Shown here in pieces: positions 60,310 to 64,000 of a DNA stretch of 64,000 bases. Positions within the stretch are counted from its first letter, which is position 1; every line of letters begins with the position of its first letter. The notes under the pieces were generated by a model. It was given only the letters and a program-made list of their open reading frames with translations. It did no database searches and was not told the origin of the DNA. The position numbers were made by a program, and so were the translations under genes. This DNA is from a candidate division FCPU426 bacterium (lineage in GTDB: Bacteria > Oederibacteriota > Muellerivitia > Muellerivitales > Muellerivitaceae): positions 32,374 through 96,373 of the forward strand of contig JASHNQ010000049.1 in the NCBI GenBank assembly GCA_030041545.1, written 5' to 3'.

Positions 60310-60855
60310 ATGAATTTTCAAACTTTAAAAAATCCCAAGGGGCAATCAGCCTTTGAATTCGTCTTGATTGCCCCTTTGATTTTTTTTATCTTCTTCGCCA
60401 CGATCCAGGTTTCCTATATGGCCTATGCGTCTTTTGCCGTCCAAAGGTCCGCCTTAGCCATCGCGCGAATGGCCTCCTTGGGCGGGATCAGTAATTCAAC
60501 CGTCTTCAAAACTCAACTTGCGATCGCGCTCCTGCCCATTTCCAATCTGAGTCAAAAAGCGCTTTTTACCATTTTAGCCAGCGATTGCAAAGTTAATGAA
60601 TCCACCAACAAGCAGACAATCAATGTCCAAGTCCGCTATCCGATGCCCATTTGGGTTCCGTGGGTCGGCAAGGTGTTTGGCCAAACCTTGGTCCCGGCCG
60701 CCGATTACAACAATTCACCGGCCGGTCAAGCCATCAAAGACATTTTCAACATGTTGAGAATGCCGGTACCAGATTTGTCCTTCAATGGGGTCCGTCTCCC
60801 CGTCTATTGGATCCATTTTGAAGCCACCACTTTTAATGAGGCTTATGGTCGTTAA
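60310..60855 (+). CDS. TadE-like pseudopilin
   Basis: KG/QSAFEFVLIAPL...AIAR, VRYPMP. Confidence 0.8.
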   Translation: MNFQTLKNPKGQSAFEFVLIAPLIFFIFFATIQVSYMAYASFAVQRSALAIARMASLGGISNSTVFKTQLAIALLPISNLSQKALFTILASDCKVNESTNKQTINVQVRYPMPIWVPWVGKVFGQTLVPAADYNNSPAGQAIKDIFNMLRMPVPDLSFNGVRLPVYWIHFEATTFNEAYGR

Positions 60856-61982
60856 TGGCGCTGAAACACCTCCGAGACTTCAACCATAAACCCCTTGGCC
60901 AAATTCTGTTGGCCACCCTTCTCTTTTGTTTCGTCTTTCTTGCCCTTTTTACGGGTCTCTATAAGGCCGGAACCGTATACATTGTGAAAGAGCGTACCCG
61001 CCGGGCGGTGAACCTAACCGCCCTAACCGGGGGCGCCGTCTATGCCAATGGTCTCCAACTGGTAAGGGAGGCCAACGCGGCCATTATGGCTTTTGCTTAC
61101 TACGATGCAGCGATGGTGGCCAGAGCCATCAGCGAAGCCCTCCTAGCTCCTCCTCCCTTGGATATCGCCGCTGTGGCTTTGGCCGCGGAAAAAGCCGATC
61201 CGGACACCCGGAAGCCCGCCCAAGACATTGCCACCAAGATTTTCGGAGTGGGCACCCCTAAGGGGGTGGGCCTTTATCCGGCGTTAATTGAAGGGCAAGC
61301 CGTGGTGACAGCCGGCGAGAATTCCCTTTCAAAACTCCCGCCTTTTTATGTTTACAATTACGAAACCGCGGACGACGCGGACGTTGCCGTTCCCAACATG
61401 GCGTTACGTTTTCGTTACGCGGATGAATTCTTACCCAATGGTAACCAGGCGCCCTATTCCCTGGCCCACAACGGAGTCAGGCATTATTTCGAGGCCGACC
61501 AAGTGGAGCCCGCTAAAAACCCCCGTCACCCGGAACAAATGAGGGTCAAAAAATCTTTTGATTCGGAATTTGCTGGTTGGTGGGTCCGCCGGGAAAAAGG
61601 CGCCGAAGAAGGCAAGGGAGTAAATGGTCTGTCAAGCCACAATCCTTTTTCCGGAATTTCAAATATCGGCCTTTTAAAGAATTATTTGCGCCAATTCAAG
61701 CTGGACATCACCGACCGGGATGATCCCCCCTGTCACACCTTTTCGCTGCTTGGAAACATGAAAATGAAGCCCGAAGGCGAAGACAAGGCCATCTACGAAG
61801 TGGGTGAGGTCCGTGTGGAAAGCGACGGGATCGCCGCATGGAGTAAAAATCCTTTTGAAATTTACCTCACACGGGTCAATATCGATGCTTTTCCTGTTTT
61901 GCGGGATTCGCTCAGAAAACTCCGAGGCATCCCGTTTATCGGCGACATTCTTAAAAGTTCGGACATATTGAACGGAATATGA
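60855..61982 (+). CDS. TadG-like pilus-associated protein
   Basis: G/QILL hydrophobic N-terminus, 'AVNLTALTGGAVYA'; Tad context. Confidence 0.6.
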   Translation: MALKHLRDFNHKPLGQILLATLLFCFVFLALFTGLYKAGTVYIVKERTRRAVNLTALTGGAVYANGLQLVREANAAIMAFAYYDAAMVARAISEALLAPPPLDIAAVALAAEKADPDTRKPAQDIATKIFGVGTPKGVGLYPALIEGQAVVTAGENSLSKLPPFYVYNYETADDADVAVPNMALRFRYADEFLPNGNQAPYSLAHNGVRHYFEADQVEPAKNPRHPEQMRVKKSFDSEFAGWWVRREKGAEEGKGVNGLSSHNPFSGISNIGLLKNYLRQFKLDITDRDDPPCHTFSLLGNMKMKPEGEDKAIYEVGEVRVESDGIAAWSKNPFEIYLTRVNIDAFPVLRDSLRKLRGIPFIGDILKSSDILNGI

Positions 61983-62443
61983 ACCTAATCCTTTTCACAA
62001 ATAATAAGGGCCAGGCCTTAGCTGAAATGGTCTTGTCTATTCCCTTGCTGTTTTTACTTATAGCGGGGATAGCCCAATTCGCTGTCCTATTTTTGTGTTA
62101 TGTCCAATTCGAACACGCCTGTGGCGAGGCGGCCCGCCAATACACGGCTCGCATTGTCGAAAAAGACTCGCTTGGCCCCGCCATCACGGACAACCTTGGA
62201 TATCTTGGCCGGTATTTCGACTTGGCTTCTTTAAGCGTCAAAATCCAAGAGCCGGGTGGCACCGCGGATGAGGTTCTTGACAATGTCAGGAACGCCATCT
62301 CCTTAATCCCCTTTACAATAAATTATGACGGCGCCGAATGGGCGGTTGATATCAATGCCCGACCTCCCTTCTGCTTTAGGCCGCTGTTCCCCCACGGAAT
62401 TCCTTTCCATACCGTGCTACAGGTCTATCGGTATCCTCAGTGA
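61979..62443 (+). CDS. TadE-like pseudopilin
   Basis: KG/QALAEMVLSIPLL...ACGEAAR. Confidence 0.8.
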   Translation: MNLILFTNNKGQALAEMVLSIPLLFLLIAGIAQFAVLFLCYVQFEHACGEAARQYTARIVEKDSLGPAITDNLGYLGRYFDLASLSVKIQEPGGTADEVLDNVRNAISLIPFTINYDGAEWAVDINARPPFCFRPLFPHGIPFHTVLQVYRYPQ

Positions 62444-62449
62444 GGCCCC

Positions 62450-63175
62450 ATGGTTCATTCCCATAAATGGTTTTGGATAACCCTTTTCGGTTGGTGTTTT
62501 ATCGCCACCTTAAGCGCCTGGGCCCTCATCTTTTCGCCTTTTCACCTAAATGCCCAAAAGGTCTCGGAATTTTCAACCGAGGTTAACGGATCGGCTGAAG
62601 TTAACCAGATCTTGGTTTGCGCTTCCCCATTACGGGAATCCTTGCAGGCTATCACCCGGCGGTGGCAATCCGAGGGATGGAAATGCACCACCGGAACGCT
62701 CAACTTGGCTCCTGTCGTGTTGAAATTACCAAAGGAAGACCCGTCGGGCATGGACTCACTAGCCCAATTAAGGATATTCCAAAAAGGCGGTCTTTGCCGC
62801 TTGTTGGGCCTTCTGAGCGATTTCAACGACAACCAAACTTATGAATGGATTGCGGAGATCCCACAAAAAGCCCTTAAAAGCCCGAAGCCTTCCGAGATGG
62901 ATTTTCCCTTTAAGCCGCCTTCCCCGGCCTTGGACATCATGGATGTTAAATCCGGGAAAATTGAAATCTGCAGGTGGTCCTTGATGTCTTCCAAAGACCC
63001 GAATCTTCAATTTAGTGAAACCTATGCCGCCCAAGGTTTTAGCGGTCGGCTTTGGTCCAAGCAAAACGGGGAATCGGTTTATATCCTCCAGCGCGGCACA
63101 CTCCGGCTATTGGCGGTTGTCGAAGCGGATCACGAAAAAATTTTAATTTCAGTGGTGAAACTCGACAAAGTTTAG
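62450..63175 (+). CDS. Hypothetical exported protein in Tad locus
   Basis: N-terminal TM/signal; co-oriented within the operon. Confidence 0.6.
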   Translation: MVHSHKWFWITLFGWCFIATLSAWALIFSPFHLNAQKVSEFSTEVNGSAEVNQILVCASPLRESLQAITRRWQSEGWKCTTGTLNLAPVVLKLPKEDPSGMDSLAQLRIFQKGGLCRLLGLLSDFNDNQTYEWIAEIPQKALKSPKPSEMDFPFKPPSPALDIMDVKSGKIEICRWSLMSSKDPNLQFSETYAAQGFSGRLWSKQNGESVYILQRGTLRLLAVVEADHEKILISVVKLDKV

Positions 63176-63243
63176 TTTAAAATTCGTTGTATTTTTCAGG
63201 CATTTTTTAAACCGAATCCGGATTTCCTTCGTCTTGGAGAACC

Positions 63244-64000
63244 ATGAACAACCGCAAATCGGTCATCGCGCTGGTTATAGGCATTCTGTCGGGCGGCCTC
63301 GCCTTTTATATCCTCTACCAAAACGCGTCCGAGATCGATCAAAAGGCCACCCCGGTCCAAGTCTTGGTGGCATCCGATTACATCCCGGCCGGCGTTTTTT
63401 TGGGGCCCAATATGGTCGAAAAAAAGCCGGTCCCCGGTTCCTATGTCAGCCCCAGCGCCATCCGGGATTTGAAGGAAGTGGACGGCTTGATGACCCTGGT
63501 GCCCATTTCCGCGGGCGAGCAAATCCTTTCAAACAAATTCGGCGTGGGAGAGGAAACCCTGGCCCTGGCCTTGAATCCGGGCTACCGGGCTTACACGCTG
63601 GCGGTGGATGAGACCAGCGGCGTCGGAAACTTGGTCCGCCCCGGAAACCACGTGGACATTCTCACGAAGGTCGAAACGGACAAGCGGTCGGTGACTTCCT
63701 TTGTGTTCCAAAATGTCCAAGTCCTGGCGGTGGGCCAAAAGCTGAACTGGAAATCCAGCCCGGCCAAAAACACTTCCACCGATGCCTCCAATGACGACGA
63801 TGCGGGTTACAGCACGGTGACCCTGGCCGTGACGCCGGAACAGGCCGAAACCTTGATGGACCTGGAAGGCCGCCCCCTCCGCCTCGTTTTGCGGGGCCCC
63901 AACGACGATGAAATCGTTTCGGTTCCATCCCAAAGCGAATCGGACGTGCTGGCCAAGCTGGGACATTTTGTCCCCGCCGCGAGGCCTGGGATCCAAATTA
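63244..64000 (+). CDS. cpaB: Flp pilus assembly protein CpaB/RcpC (runs off the window)
   Basis: Manual translation gives MNNRKSVIALVIG...VLVASDYIPAG (SAF domain)...PGYRAYTLAVDETSGVGNLVRPGNHVDIL...QNVQVLAVG...TVTLAVTPEQAE. Confidence 0.9.
   Translation, partial: MNNRKSVIALVIGILSGGLAFYILYQNASEIDQKATPVQVLVASDYIPAGVFLGPNMVEKKPVPGSYVSPSAIRDLKEVDGLMTLVPISAGEQILSNKFGVGEETLALALNPGYRAYTLAVDETSGVGNLVRPGNHVDILTKVETDKRSVTSFVFQNVQVLAVGQKLNWKSSPAKNTSTDASNDDDAGYSTVTLAVTPEQAETLMDLEGRPLRLVLRGPNDDEIVSVPSQSESDVLAKLGHFVPAARPGIQI

Noticed and set aside
63234-63611. 125-aa ORF from the track
   Set aside because: Wrong frame; the real gene is cpaB starting at 63244.

Overview
A GC-rich bacterial chromosomal window (diderm, judging by the porin, the lipoprotein and the Tad pilus genes), with nearly all genes on the minus strand. 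In order it holds gltBD, glycogen genes (glgB, GH57/DUF3536) interleaved with two GT-C-type membrane glycosyltransferases, and a dispersed sulfur-assimilation region of about 25 kb. That region contains cysND, cysAWT-sbp with an inserted HPr-like gene, an OprP-like porin, a 1-Cys peroxiredoxin, two ThiF/MoeB paralogues, cysK, a NIL protein, a MoaD/ThiS carrier and a SAM-I-controlled second threonine-synthase homologue. After it come greA/fur, murI-cimA-lysC-thrC-hom, two aminotransferases, the mreBCD-mrdA-rodA operon and the start of a plus-strand Flp/Tad pilus locus. No rRNA, tRNA, transposase or cas gene was seen. The most unusual observations are: (1) a non-coding array of nine palindromes at 52-53 bp period between cysA and cysD, related to the end of a MITE-like element near gltB; (2) two ThiF/MoeB paralogues with complementary losses, resembling a heterodimeric E1; (3) three SAM-II-like riboswitch candidates, two in tandem with their own terminators; (4) an HPr-like gene coupled to cysT; (5) an XRE gene and a hidden 54-aa ORF bracketed by inverted operator-like repeats. 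All calls come from reading the sequence and recognising motifs; no database searches were run.
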